A stretch of DNA of 64,000 bases from Ignavibacteria bacterium GWF2_33_9 (GTDB taxonomy: Bacteria > Bacteroidota > Ignavibacteria > Kapaibacteriales > UBA2268), in assembly GCA_001804565.1 (NCBI GenBank), contig MHAC01000069.1, positions 824 through 64,823 on the forward strand, written 5' to 3'. Made by a program: the position numbers and the translations under genes. A model generated the notes under the pieces. That model ran no database searches, had not been told where the DNA came from, and worked only from the letters and a program-made list of their open reading frames with translations. Position 1 is the first letter of the stretch; each line of letters opens with the position of its first letter. Shown in pieces: positions 27,339 to 37,570 of the stretch.

Positions 27339-28126
27339 AATATTTTTTTACTTAAAAAATCTGATGCAGCCTGATGTATCAATCCATTTGTCGCAAGGAT
27401 TGACTTATCGTAGACTGAATATTTCGACATATCATATTGTGTCACATTACCACCTGCTTCACGTATCAAAAGAACTCCTGCGGCAACATCCCAAGGATTA
27501 AGTTCAAGTTCCCAAAATCCGTCAAAGCGACCGGCTGCAACATAAGCCAAATCCAATGCTGCTGAACCGAGTCTTCGAATTGGGATTCCTTGCTGTACAA
27601 CATTGATGAATAATTCTGCACTTCTCGAATTTTTAGAAGTAGCTTTGTAAGGAAATCCCGTTACTAAAAATGCTGATTTCAAGTCTTGAATGTCGGTTAC
27701 TTGAATTTTAGTCCGATTCAAATAGGCACCGCCATCTTTAGTTGCAGTAAACAATTCATTCAAAAGCGGTTGGTATATAACCCCAACAACAATTTCGTTT
27801 GCAATTTCTGCAGCAATACTTACTGAAAAAATTGGAATATTATGTGCAAAATTAACAGTTCCATCAAGAGGATCAACAATCCATTTGATATTGCCGGAAT
27901 TTCCGGAATGTAATTCTCCGCTTTCTTCTGCTAAGAATGTTGAATCAGGAAATGCTGCTTTTAATGTTTCAATTATTATATTTTCTGATTTAATATCATA
28001 TTCAGTAACTAAGTTATGCAAACCTTCTTTACTGTTAATTGTAAAAGCTGTACCGTAGCCTATTTTCAACAATTCACCTGCTTTAATTGCTGCATCCTGA
28101 GCAACTCTAAGAATTTCTTTATACAT
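27335..28126 (-). CDS. Inositol monophosphatase family protein (SuhB-like)
   Basis: Motifs FLAEESG, WIVDPLDGTVNFAH and GSAALDLAYVAAGRFDGFWE. The stop overlaps the dapF start (ATGA). Confidence 0.85.
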   Translation of the reverse strand: MYKEILRVAQDAAIKAGELLKIGYGTAFTINSKEGLHNLVTEYDIKSENIIIETLKAAFPDSTFLAEESGELHSGNSGNIKWIVDPLDGTVNFAHNIPIFSVSIAAEIANEIVVGVIYQPLLNELFTATKDGGAYLNRTKIQVTDIQDLKSAFLVTGFPYKATSKNSRSAELFINVVQQGIPIRRLGSAALDLAYVAAGRFDGFWELELNPWDVAAGVLLIREAGGNVTQYDMSKYSVYDKSILATNGLIHQAASDFLSKKIL

Positions 28127-28148
28127 TTTCCTTCAAAATACTTATTTA

Positions 28149-28156
28149 CAAAAATA
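28149..28156 (-). promoter_or_regulatory. Candidate -7 box TATTTTTG for the IMPase-dapF-M20 operon
   Basis: Plus-strand caaaaata. It lies 22 nt upstream of ATG 28126. Extended match TTACAAAAATACAA is shared with the recJ upstream region. Confidence 0.4.
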
Positions 28157-28189
28157 CAATTATTATTTTTTTTCATTGCTAAAAATCAA

Positions 28190-28197
28190 TATTTTTG
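28190..28197 (+). promoter_or_regulatory. Candidate -7 box TATTTTTG for the polysaccharide export operon
   Basis: Context is caaTATTTTTGTAAaat. It lies 55 nt upstream of ATG 28253. Confidence 0.4.
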
Positions 28198-28252
28198 TAA
28201 AATTTGGTAATTTGGTAGTTTATGAATTTTGAATATTAATTATATATATAAA

Positions 28253-29878
28253 ATGACCAGAAAATTTTCGATTATATTTATCATAATTTTGTCCTTTTCA
28301 AATTTATTTGCTCAAATAGATTATTCTAAACTTACAGGCATATCTAAAATGAAATTGGATACATTAGCTTTGCATAATGCAATGCAGGTTTCCAAAAATA
28401 CAAATTTACTACAAGAAAAAGAAATTAATCCTGATGAATATAAAGTTGGTCCTGGGGATATGTTCGAATTTTCAGTAACTATTTCTGAACCTACCTTACT
28501 CAATATTAAAGTTTCCCCAGACGGACAATTACTTATTCCCGGAGTTGGAACAATTATAACTAAGAATAAAACATTAACAGAAGTTTACAAAATTGCTTTT
28601 GAAAGGATTGCAAAAGTATTTAAAACAACCAATGTTGGATTTGTTCTTTCAAAAGTCAGGGAATTTAAAGTTATTGTCAGTGGTTCTGTTTCGAAATCTC
28701 TTTCGGTCCCATCTTCCCCTTTAGACAGAGTTAATGAAGTAATCGAACGAGCAGGTGGATTAAAATTCGAGGCATCGTTAAGAAATATTACATTAATTCG
28801 TGGAGATACAGTTCTGCACGTAGATTTACTTAAGTTTTTCCTTGTTGGTGATAAAGAAGCTAATCCTACAGTTGAAGGTGGCGACCAAATTATAATTCCA
28901 CCTAGCAGTGAAAAACAACAAATTTCCATTTTTGGTGAAGTAGGATATCCAAATGAATTTGAATTTGTTGAAGGAGATTCACTTTCGACATTAATTAGGT
29001 TTGCACAGGGATTTCTTGCTTCGGCTTATCTAGATTCTGTAGAAATTAATAGATTCGATACCGATGGAAAATTATTACAACGAAATTTTTTAAATCTTAC
29101 TAGTTGGGAAAATATTTTGGAAATACGTGGGAATTTGAAGGGTGATTTTCCTTTAGAAATTGGAGATAGAGTTTACGTTAGAATATTACCTAACTGGAAT
29201 AAAGAGCATTATGTGATTATCAAAGGAGAAGTAAAATTTCCAGGAAAATATGCTATTGTCGAAAATAAAGACAGACTTTACGATTTATTTACACGATGTG
29301 GTGGATTTACTGATGAAGCTTCAATTTCGGATATTGAGTTTATCCGACAACAAGAAGCAGAGAAGAAAGACTATGAAATGGAACGTCTTTATAAGACTCC
29401 TTACCCTGAAATGTCTGAATTCGAACAAAGATATTTCCAGTCAAGGGTTCGTGAAAAAAGAGGAGCCATGGCAATGGATTTCCAAAAGGTAGTTGATGAA
29501 CCAAATTCTGATCAAAATATCACTTTATATAACAAAGACTCCTTGATTGTACCAACTAAGAAAAATTATATAAATGTTCAAGGACGAGTAAATAATCCCG
29601 GAAATATCGTTTTTCAAGAAGGTTTAACTTACATGGACTATATTAATCAAGCCGGTGGTTTTGGTTATAGAGCGGATGAAAGTGAAACTTTCATTGCAAA
29701 AGCAAAAGGTGAAATTTTCCTTGCTGAAGATAATAAATACAAACTTGAACCTGGTGATGTGATACTAGTTCCACCAAAGGAAGAACTTTCGTTTACAGAA
29801 ATATTCACTCAAACTGTAGCTACAACTGCTCAACTTCTGACTATTGTTGGTGTTGTCTATTCATTAATTAAAAAATAA
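28253..29878 (+). CDS. Polysaccharide export protein (Wza-like, Poly_export plus SLBB domains)
   Basis: YKVGPGDMFEFSV...VSPDGQLLIPGVGTI, followed by several SLBB-like units (GEVKFPGKYAI, GRVNNPGNIVF). Signal peptide ends LFA|QID. The track start 28229 is probably too far upstream; MTRKFSIIF at 28253 gives a normal signal peptide. Confidence 0.75.
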   Translation: MTRKFSIIFIIILSFSNLFAQIDYSKLTGISKMKLDTLALHNAMQVSKNTNLLQEKEINPDEYKVGPGDMFEFSVTISEPTLLNIKVSPDGQLLIPGVGTIITKNKTLTEVYKIAFERIAKVFKTTNVGFVLSKVREFKVIVSGSVSKSLSVPSSPLDRVNEVIERAGGLKFEASLRNITLIRGDTVLHVDLLKFFLVGDKEANPTVEGGDQIIIPPSSEKQQISIFGEVGYPNEFEFVEGDSLSTLIRFAQGFLASAYLDSVEINRFDTDGKLLQRNFLNLTSWENILEIRGNLKGDFPLEIGDRVYVRILPNWNKEHYVIIKGEVKFPGKYAIVENKDRLYDLFTRCGGFTDEASISDIEFIRQQEAEKKDYEMERLYKTPYPEMSEFEQRYFQSRVREKRGAMAMDFQKVVDEPNSDQNITLYNKDSLIVPTKKNYINVQGRVNNPGNIVFQEGLTYMDYINQAGGFGYRADESETFIAKAKGEIFLAEDNKYKLEPGDVILVPPKEELSFTEIFTQTVATTAQLLTIVGVVYSLIKK

Positions 29879-29894
29879 TAAATCAATTTAGAAA

Positions 29895-31082
29895 ATGTTA
29901 GAAATTTCAGATATATCTTTTCATAATGCTTTGAATTTAGTAATAAAATTCAGAAAGCAAGTAATAAGGATTACTATAGTAGTATTCTTGGTAGGGATAA
30001 TTTATGCAGTAATAACACCTCACCAATATGTTGCATCCGGTTCGATAATGCCTCCAAAACAAAATAATAATAATATGAACTTATCAGCTATGATGCAGGC
30101 TTTAGGTGGTAGTATGGGAGGTTTAAGTTCACTTGCAGGAGATATGGGACAAAGTAATCTATCTTTAGTTTATAGTGAAGTCCTGAAAAGCAATAGTGTA
30201 ATAAATTATGTAATTGATACCTTGAATCTATATAACTCGGAATTTTATAAAAAACTGCCACGGCATAAACTTATTAAAGAATTAAGAGATAATATTGATA
30301 TTCTTGTTGATAAAAGCGGAATAATTTATGTATCAACAACAGTTAATACTAATTTATTACCTGATAAATCTCAAAGAAAAAGAGCTGCAAAACTAGCTGC
30401 AGCAATATCAAATGCCGAAATTGCCGGTTTAGATTTTGTTATTCGAAACAGGAATAATTCAGTCTCAGCAAAAACAAAAGATTTTATTGGAACTGAAATT
30501 GACAACTATCAAAGACTTTTAGATTCAATACAAACTACATTACAGGATTTCAGACAAAACAATAAAATTCTAGAACTTGAAGAACAAACAAAAGCAATTG
30601 TGCTTCAAGCAAACACTATTGCAACTGAATTAGCAAAAGCAGAAGTCGAATTAAGTATTGGAAAGAGCCTTTATTCTGAAAATTCCCAAAATTACAGAAT
30701 GTTGAAAAACAGTTACGATATGCTAAAATCACAATACAATAAAATCCAAAGTGGTGGTATTACTCAAAATGACAAATTTTCAATACCATTGAATGAATTC
30801 CCAAGTTTAATTAAAGAATACACAAATTTAATGCGTGACCAAAAATTATACGAAGAAATCTTAATATATTTGCGTACAAATTATTATCAGGAAGCAATTC
30901 AGGAAAAGAGAGATATTCCTCAAGTTGATATATTAGATTGGGCAATGATTCCCGCTGAAAAGAATGCTCCTATTTATAAAATTTTACTCATTGTTTTTGC
31001 CATGTTAGACATTGCTATTATATTTGTTTTTCTTCTTTATAAGTCAAGTAAAATAAAATTGAATTCTGCTAGTCAAGAGTGA
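29895..31082 (+). CDS. Polysaccharide co-polymerase (Wzz/GumC-like chain-length determinant), no kinase domain
   Basis: N-terminal TM (ITIVVFLVGIIYAVITPHQY), a long coiled-coil periplasmic region and a C-terminal TM (ILLIVFAMLDIAIIFVFLLY). It follows the Wza-like gene. Confidence 0.6.
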   Translation: MLEISDISFHNALNLVIKFRKQVIRITIVVFLVGIIYAVITPHQYVASGSIMPPKQNNNNMNLSAMMQALGGSMGGLSSLAGDMGQSNLSLVYSEVLKSNSVINYVIDTLNLYNSEFYKKLPRHKLIKELRDNIDILVDKSGIIYVSTTVNTNLLPDKSQRKRAAKLAAAISNAEIAGLDFVIRNRNNSVSAKTKDFIGTEIDNYQRLLDSIQTTLQDFRQNNKILELEEQTKAIVLQANTIATELAKAEVELSIGKSLYSENSQNYRMLKNSYDMLKSQYNKIQSGGITQNDKFSIPLNEFPSLIKEYTNLMRDQKLYEEILIYLRTNYYQEAIQEKRDIPQVDILDWAMIPAEKNAPIYKILLIVFAMLDIAIIFVFLLYKSSKIKLNSASQE

Positions 31083-31104
31083 ATATAACATATAGCTATT
31101 TATT

Positions 31105-33093
31105 ATGATTTTAAAGAAGGATCTGGACGTAAAACTAATGTATGACGAAGAGGATTCGTTTGGTATTTCTTTAAATAATGATTTCGAATTTTTCCGTAAT
31201 CTTCTGGAAAAATATAATCCTGAAGCTAATTTTAAGTTTCTCAAAAAGGCTTTTGCTATTTGTGCATTTTATCATAAAAATGATTACCGGAAATCTGGTA
31301 AGAAATACTATACTCACCCACTTTGGGTTGCAATAATTTTAATTAAAGAATTCCAGATTTACGATGAAATATATCTGGCAGCTGCATTTCTACATGATAC
31401 AATCGAAGACACAGCAAACAAAAGGGATAGATTAGTTAAAGAGGCAATTTCTGAAAAAATGGGAAATGATTACCTTGGAGTAATTGTTGACGCACTAACC
31501 AAAATTTCCCATGAAAGATTAATAATTGAAAATGAAGGATTTCGTAATCAGTTAATCCAAAGATATACTAATGAAAAAGTTGATGAATTACTTAAAAACA
31601 AGCAAATTCAAAAATGTTTTACGCATCGTAAATTGTTCCAGACATTTGTTAAAGATCAAAACATTATTGTAATCAAACTCGCAGACAGACTTCATAATAT
31701 GCGTACACTTCATTATAAAGAGTTAGGAGATGAATATAAGTACCGGGATAGGATGAGGGAATATGCTGAAGAAACACTTGAATTTTATGTCCGATTTGCT
31801 AATAGATTAGGTTTTAGCTCAATTGCAGGAGAATTACAGAATTTATCCTTTTACTTTAGTTCAAATAAAGAGGTTTACTCGCAAATCCGTGAATTAATTG
31901 AAAGTAAAGAAAAATTTATTTTGGATAGGATTGGAATTTTCGAAAAAGATATTCGTGAAGCATTTGCAGATTCAGAATTCAAAGGTATCTCAACTACAAT
32001 TTTTCATAGGAAAGAGTACGAAATATATTCTTTAACTAATCAATTTCAAAATCCTGATGCTCTTCCTGATTTTGTACACTGCATTGTTTCCATACCCGTG
32101 TCAGATTATAAAGATTTAAGAAAAGCTACATCCAAAATTATTCAACAATTTGGCCATTCAAATATTTCAAATTATCAGGAAGGTAAGCAAATATTGGGTG
32201 AATTTGAATTTAATACTATTCAAATTAAACTTAAGAAAAACTCAGGGGATTCACTTGATGTTACAATTATGTCTACAAATGATAGTGACATATTAGATAA
32301 TATTACTGAAGTTCCAATCAAAGAGAAACGTTTGAAAAAGAAAGTTTCAGGTATAAGTGACGAACACCTTGAACTTTGGTCAGATTGGATGGAATATGTA
32401 ATATTAGAAAAGGGTGAAAAGGCTATCAAGGATATTTGGAACTCTCTGGATAAAAATCTTTTTGATGATAAAATCGTTTGCTTTTCAATCGACAAACAAG
32501 AAATACAATTACCACAAGGAGCAACAGTTCTTGATTTTGCATTCGCAATATCGAAAGATATCGGATTATCTTTCAGCAAAGCAAGAATTTCTGAACAGGT
32601 TTTTGATTTTGATTATAAATTATATGGTAATGAAACAATTCAGATTTTAACATCAAAAATTCAACAACCAATCCCAGAATGGCAGTATTTTATTTCAGAT
32701 TATCGTGCACTGGGGTATTTTTACAATTATCTTAAATCGAAAAATTTGTTGAATAATGATTTTGCAAATGAGTTGTTAACTCAAAACCATATTCAGCATA
32801 TTTCAGCAGAGAATAAACTTTCTATGAATTTAGAAAAAGGATTCTTTGCCAAATTGATGATTAAGGGTAATGACCGGAAACATTTGCTTAATGATATTAC
32901 AAATGCTATTGGAGATTCGGAGATTAGAAAATCAACAATTCAAAGAAGCGATCTATCCAGCGAATTCGAAGGAATCTTTGAAGTTAATTTTAGAAACTTG
33001 GTAACATTTAATAAAGTTGTATTGAAACTTTTAGATGTAAGAAATGTAAAATCAACTGAGCTTATTGATATTTGGTCAAAAAATATTTCTTAA
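31105..33093 (+). CDS. Long RelA/SpoT homolog: intact HD hydrolase, degenerate synthetase region, TGS and ACT-like domains
   Basis: HD motifs are HKNDYRKSGKKYYTHP, FLHDTIEDT and KLADRLHNMRT. TGS region is VCFSIDKQEIQLPQGATVLDFAFAIS. The synthetase catalytic motifs are not recognisable (see findings). Confidence 0.75.
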   Translation: MILKKDLDVKLMYDEEDSFGISLNNDFEFFRNLLEKYNPEANFKFLKKAFAICAFYHKNDYRKSGKKYYTHPLWVAIILIKEFQIYDEIYLAAAFLHDTIEDTANKRDRLVKEAISEKMGNDYLGVIVDALTKISHERLIIENEGFRNQLIQRYTNEKVDELLKNKQIQKCFTHRKLFQTFVKDQNIIVIKLADRLHNMRTLHYKELGDEYKYRDRMREYAEETLEFYVRFANRLGFSSIAGELQNLSFYFSSNKEVYSQIRELIESKEKFILDRIGIFEKDIREAFADSEFKGISTTIFHRKEYEIYSLTNQFQNPDALPDFVHCIVSIPVSDYKDLRKATSKIIQQFGHSNISNYQEGKQILGEFEFNTIQIKLKKNSGDSLDVTIMSTNDSDILDNITEVPIKEKRLKKKVSGISDEHLELWSDWMEYVILEKGEKAIKDIWNSLDKNLFDDKIVCFSIDKQEIQLPQGATVLDFAFAISKDIGLSFSKARISEQVFDFDYKLYGNETIQILTSKIQQPIPEWQYFISDYRALGYFYNYLKSKNLLNNDFANELLTQNHIQHISAENKLSMNLEKGFFAKLMIKGNDRKHLLNDITNAIGDSEIRKSTIQRSDLSSEFEGIFEVNFRNLVTFNKVVLKLLDVRNVKSTELIDIWSKNIS

Positions 33094-36000
33094 TTACTTC
33101 TTCGCTTACACAAAGAATCAAAATCGCAATACTTGCATGCTTTCGGAATATCATCTGATAAAGGAAAGTTACCACCTAATATTTTTTCTTTTATCACAAA
33201 CACTTCACTAACAGAATTTTCTATTGCTTTTTCAGTTGATAAATTCTTTAATACTTGTGAAGTTGCATTTTTCTTTATTCCAAACAATTCCCTGATTGAA
33301 TCATCTTCTAATAAAACAAAATTCAAATTTGAATTAGAATTGTCGTAGGTCCTAACTATTACATTATATGCTCCAAATAAAGGTGTAACTAATACTCCCT
33401 TTTCACGAAATTCATCCATGAGTAATTTTAGATAAATTGGCATTTGGAATGATTTCTTTTTTGAAGTTATTGAATTATTAACTTCGACAGAACCTTTTGA
33501 ATATTTATAATCTATCACGCCAAGAGTATTATTTTCCCCATCTGAACGAATTATTGCTTTATCTACTTTCATAAGAAAATTCATTGTATCTTCTGTTCCC
33601 CCTTCTTCATTCTTCAATTCCAGCTTTCTCATGAGTGTATATTCGAAAGCATAAGGATAAAATTCCCAAAATGGTGCTGCTCTTCTTAATTCTTCATTCA
33701 GCCAATAAAGGAAGAAATTTTGATTTATATCTTTACTCAAAAAATCATCGAATTCCAAATGAATAAATGGATGATCAAAAATTGGATTTTTAAGTTCTTC
33801 TTCAATAATTTCCAGTAATAATTTCTCATATTTGTCTCTTCTAACTGGTTCTAATCTTACAACTGTAACCGGATAGTCTCCCCCATCTTCCTTTTTCAAA
33901 TTCAAAGTGAATGTTTCATCTAAATCAGAAAGTAATCTAATGTAAAATTTATAGAATAAATTATGTGCAAAATTCCCTTTTTCAAATTGAGCCAAACTTT
34001 CTTCAATTTTTTCAGGAGCTTCAAAAGAAAGAATTTTCTTAACGTAATATTGATATGGACATGATGCATATTTTTCAATATCCGAAATAGAAAAATATTT
34101 CCTGTGAAATTCATCTACAAATTCATCTGTTAATTCAATTTTAGAATTTATAGTTTCTTTCGAATCAATTTTTCTTAGATATTCCACTTCATCCTGATTT
34201 AACCTTGATTTATATTCAATCAATTTGTAAGATAATTCGGAAATATTTTCAATTATTTTGTTACTTAAAGTAAGTTCTAAAATTTCACTTTGTTTGGTTA
34301 AAGAATTCATCCACGAAAATTCTTCAATAATTTGTTCTTCTTCTCCTAAATTGCTATCAGAATAAAAAGTTTTTGTACTTTTCAAATTTGATATTTTGAA
34401 TAAATTTTCCACAAAAGGTGATGGTGAGAGGTTTTCACTATTTTTCTTTGAATTGAAAAACAAATATATTAACTGTGTATCCTCAGGAAAAATATGATTT
34501 GAACTTGATAAAAACTGATAGAAACTTATCCTTTCACTTCTTATATGTCTTAGCCGAGACTCCTTTAATTCTCTACCAATTATTTTTTCACCACTGTAAA
34601 TTGAAGGAAATACGCCATCATTCAGACCACATAGAATTTTTACTTTATAACTAATCATTCGGATTTGTTCAATTGAAGTGATTTGTACACCATAATTATT
34701 TTTTTCAGGAATTTGAAATCTTTCTTGTGAAACTGCTATTTTTAAGCGCATTAGCCATTCATTTAGAGTAAAATTTTTATCTCCAAATCTCATATCGAAA
34801 GTTAAAGAAATTTCATCAAGTAAAAGTAAAAATTTACTGATAGCCTGATTTTCTTTTTCAAGTTCCTCTATTCCAAAGTAATAATCATAAACAGTATCTA
34901 ATTTCATTAAAGAAATAAATTCTTTCTGTTTAGAGAGTACGGCATCTTTGACTTTATATTCACTGATAATTTTATAAATAAATTCCTTGAAGCGCTTTGA
35001 AGAAAATTCCTCATGTATTTGAGGGAATTTCTGTTGTATTATTTGAAAATCCTCAATATATTTTTCAAGTTTTGTTTTTAAAAGAGAATATTTCTTTTTA
35101 TCGTGGTAGTCCAGCTCCTCGAGTAATTTATTACTAACAAATGAAAGATAATTCTTTGCTTTATTAATAATGTATTTACTATTATGTTTATAATAAAATT
35201 TACTGATTCTTAATTGATTAGTAATTTCCAAGATATTGTTCAAATCTAATTCTGAATCAATTTTCACGAATTGACTAGATAAAACATTAATTATCATTTC
35301 AATATCAAATTCAGCCTTCAATTGAATGAGATTGACAAGTATATTAATAATATTTGCACTCATTAAATTGATACGGTCTGATATATTTACCGGAATCCGT
35401 TCTCTTTTGAAAATATCTCTAAAAGCATTTGCATAATCATTTGCATCTTTACTTACAATAGCTATTTCATTTAATTTGATATTTTTTTCAAGATTCAGGT
35501 ACTTTACCAATTTTGCTATTGATTTTACTTCTTGGTCAATATTTGTTGTTTGAACAATTTTAATATAATCTTCAAAATTTTTATTTATCTTTTCTGAGTT
35601 ATAATTGAAAAGAAATTTTCTTAGGAAATAACTATCTGTATCATTATTTTTCTGTTCAAAATCATCGAATAATTCATCATCTGAATATATATTGAATCCT
35701 ACTTCATCTAATTTATTAATTGTTTCCTGAAAATTTCCGAATAATGGTCCATTTGCATCTGAATAATCCAATGAAATTGAAAATGGAAATTTGCTTTTTG
35801 AAAAATGAGAAATAAACTCAAACTCCGGCATTTTTAACTCACTAAATCCTATAGTTATAATTTCTGTATTTAAACCAAATCTTGAAGTGATTATATTGTC
35901 TCTTACTTCAGAAGTCTTTTCATTTGAAAATAGTATATTTACTAATTCATAGATTTTTGGTATATCAAATAAACCGTCAGTTAATAATTTCTCGTATTCT

Positions 36001-36581
36001 AGTATCAGACTTATTGTATCGGCATTTTTCCTTTCATCAATTATTTCATATTGTTTCTCGAATTCACTCTCCTTGTCATGTAATATATTGGAAGAATTGA
36101 ATCCATCTTCTCTCAAACCGTAAATAAGTTCAGATAATTTCTTAATAACTTCAAGTTTTACTTTTATATTTGAAAATTTATAGTATTGTAAATCTGCCTT
36201 TTGGTAAGCTTCTTCGGTTAATACAACCCTCGATGCTTCAGAAATTAAAATATAATTTTTCCTTGAATTTTGCTTGAAAAAATTTGGATAATTTTGTGTT
36301 ATTGTTTTATTTTTAGATACTTCATCAAAAATTTCTTCAATAAAATTTTGCAGATTATATATGTGTAATTTTCTTAAAGGTTTATGATGAATCTCGAAAT
36401 ATTTTTGTAATATTTGCTGCTTTAAATACCTTGCTACTCTGTTTGTAGGAACAATTAATACAATTTCGGTAATTTTGCCATTTTGAATAAAATGGTCAAT
36501 TATCTCTGCTGAATTTTTGTAATTTCGGGAACGATATAATTCGCTTTCGGTAAATTTCTGGTTATATATCAAATAAGACAT
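33090..36581 (-). CDS. AddB-like PD-(D/E)XK nuclease / inactivated-helicase subunit with Fe-S cysteine signature
   Basis: The C-terminal nuclease has CPYQYY, LGVIDYKYSK, QMPIYLKLL and the terminal CKYCDFDSLC. The N-terminus has a degenerate P-loop (LIVPTNRVARY). The stop overlaps the convergent RSH stop (TTAA). Confidence 0.7.
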   Translation of the reverse strand: MSYLIYNQKFTESELYRSRNYKNSAEIIDHFIQNGKITEIVLIVPTNRVARYLKQQILQKYFEIHHKPLRKLHIYNLQNFIEEIFDEVSKNKTITQNYPNFFKQNSRKNYILISEASRVVLTEEAYQKADLQYYKFSNIKVKLEVIKKLSELIYGLREDGFNSSNILHDKESEFEKQYEIIDERKNADTISLILEYEKLLTDGLFDIPKIYELVNILFSNEKTSEVRDNIITSRFGLNTEIITIGFSELKMPEFEFISHFSKSKFPFSISLDYSDANGPLFGNFQETINKLDEVGFNIYSDDELFDDFEQKNNDTDSYFLRKFLFNYNSEKINKNFEDYIKIVQTTNIDQEVKSIAKLVKYLNLEKNIKLNEIAIVSKDANDYANAFRDIFKRERIPVNISDRINLMSANIINILVNLIQLKAEFDIEMIINVLSSQFVKIDSELDLNNILEITNQLRISKFYYKHNSKYIINKAKNYLSFVSNKLLEELDYHDKKKYSLLKTKLEKYIEDFQIIQQKFPQIHEEFSSKRFKEFIYKIISEYKVKDAVLSKQKEFISLMKLDTVYDYYFGIEELEKENQAISKFLLLLDEISLTFDMRFGDKNFTLNEWLMRLKIAVSQERFQIPEKNNYGVQITSIEQIRMISYKVKILCGLNDGVFPSIYSGEKIIGRELKESRLRHIRSERISFYQFLSSSNHIFPEDTQLIYLFFNSKKNSENLSPSPFVENLFKISNLKSTKTFYSDSNLGEEEQIIEEFSWMNSLTKQSEILELTLSNKIIENISELSYKLIEYKSRLNQDEVEYLRKIDSKETINSKIELTDEFVDEFHRKYFSISDIEKYASCPYQYYVKKILSFEAPEKIEESLAQFEKGNFAHNLFYKFYIRLLSDLDETFTLNLKKEDGGDYPVTVVRLEPVRRDKYEKLLLEIIEEELKNPIFDHPFIHLEFDDFLSKDINQNFFLYWLNEELRRAAPFWEFYPYAFEYTLMRKLELKNEEGGTEDTMNFLMKVDKAIIRSDGENNTLGVIDYKYSKGSVEVNNSITSKKKSFQMPIYLKLLMDEFREKGVLVTPLFGAYNVIVRTYDNSNSNLNFVLLEDDSIRELFGIKKNATSQVLKNLSTEKAIENSVSEVFVIKEKILGGNFPLSDDIPKACKYCDFDSLCKRRSN

Positions 36582-37568
36582 CTAATAATCTCTGGAAAAA
36601 GTAAAATTTAAAACTTGTGTGAAAAGTTCCTTATAATGATTTTCTTCAAATATCTTCAAACTAGATTTAATTGACTGAAAATAATATGAAATTTCTTTTT
36701 TTATTATATCAAAAACACCATTTTTGTGAAGAGCTTCAATCATTTTAATTACATCACTTCCCTGCAAACCATTCTCTGCATAAAATTTATTCAATAAATT
36801 TATGTCCGGTGTATCATTGAACATTTCTTTAGCCTTCAGAATAATTAATGTCTTTTTTCCTTCTACTAAGTCTTTTCCAATTGCTTTACCGAATTTTTCA
36901 TTATCAGCTGTCAAATCCAACAAGTCATCCTGCAATTGAAATCCCAGTCCCAAATTATACCCGACACTGCTTAATGCAGATAGTTGATCTTCATTTGCAC
37001 CTCCAATTTGACCTCCAGCAACAATTGCTTTTTCCAATAATTTTGCAGTTTTTTTGTCAATCATTTTAAAGTAATCTACGGGTATTATATCTTTTTTATC
37101 TTCAAAATCCATATCATACCCTTGACCTTCGCATACTTCAACAAAACTATCATTGAAAGTTTGTATTACTTTAGAATGAATATCGTTAGGCAATGATTCT
37201 GAGATTTTTCTGTATGCAAGGGCAAGCAGCAAATCCCCTGCAAGAATTGCAATCGCTTCATTCCATTTTTTATGGACTGTTGCTCTTCCTCTTCTTGTTG
37301 GAGATTGATCCATGATATCATCGTGAATCAAGGTGAAATTATGTAGTAATTCGAAAGCCACGGCTGGTTTTATGGCATTTTCAATTTCATTACTTACCAT
37401 ACCGCAGGCAAGAATTGACAGCAATGGTCTCAATCTCTTCCCTTTCGAAAACATAATATATTTGATAGGTTCATATAGATTAGCAGGTTCCTCTTGTGGA
37501 AAACTGTTCAATATTTCATTTTCAATTTTCTTTGAAATCTCTTCCAAAGTGTATACTTTTAGTTCCAT
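36582..37568 (-). CDS. Polyprenyl diphosphate synthase (trans-isoprenyl diphosphate synthase family)
   Basis: First Asp-rich motif is LIHDDIMDQSPTRRG and second is FQLQDDLLD. There is zero gap to the addB-like start. Confidence 0.85.
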   Translation of the reverse strand: MELKVYTLEEISKKIENEILNSFPQEEPANLYEPIKYIMFSKGKRLRPLLSILACGMVSNEIENAIKPAVAFELLHNFTLIHDDIMDQSPTRRGRATVHKKWNEAIAILAGDLLLALAYRKISESLPNDIHSKVIQTFNDSFVEVCEGQGYDMDFEDKKDIIPVDYFKMIDKKTAKLLEKAIVAGGQIGGANEDQLSALSSVGYNLGLGFQLQDDLLDLTADNEKFGKAIGKDLVEGKKTLIILKAKEMFNDTPDINLLNKFYAENGLQGSDVIKMIEALHKNGVFDIIKKEISYYFQSIKSSLKIFEENHYKELFTQVLNFTFSRDY

Positions 37569-37570
37569 AA

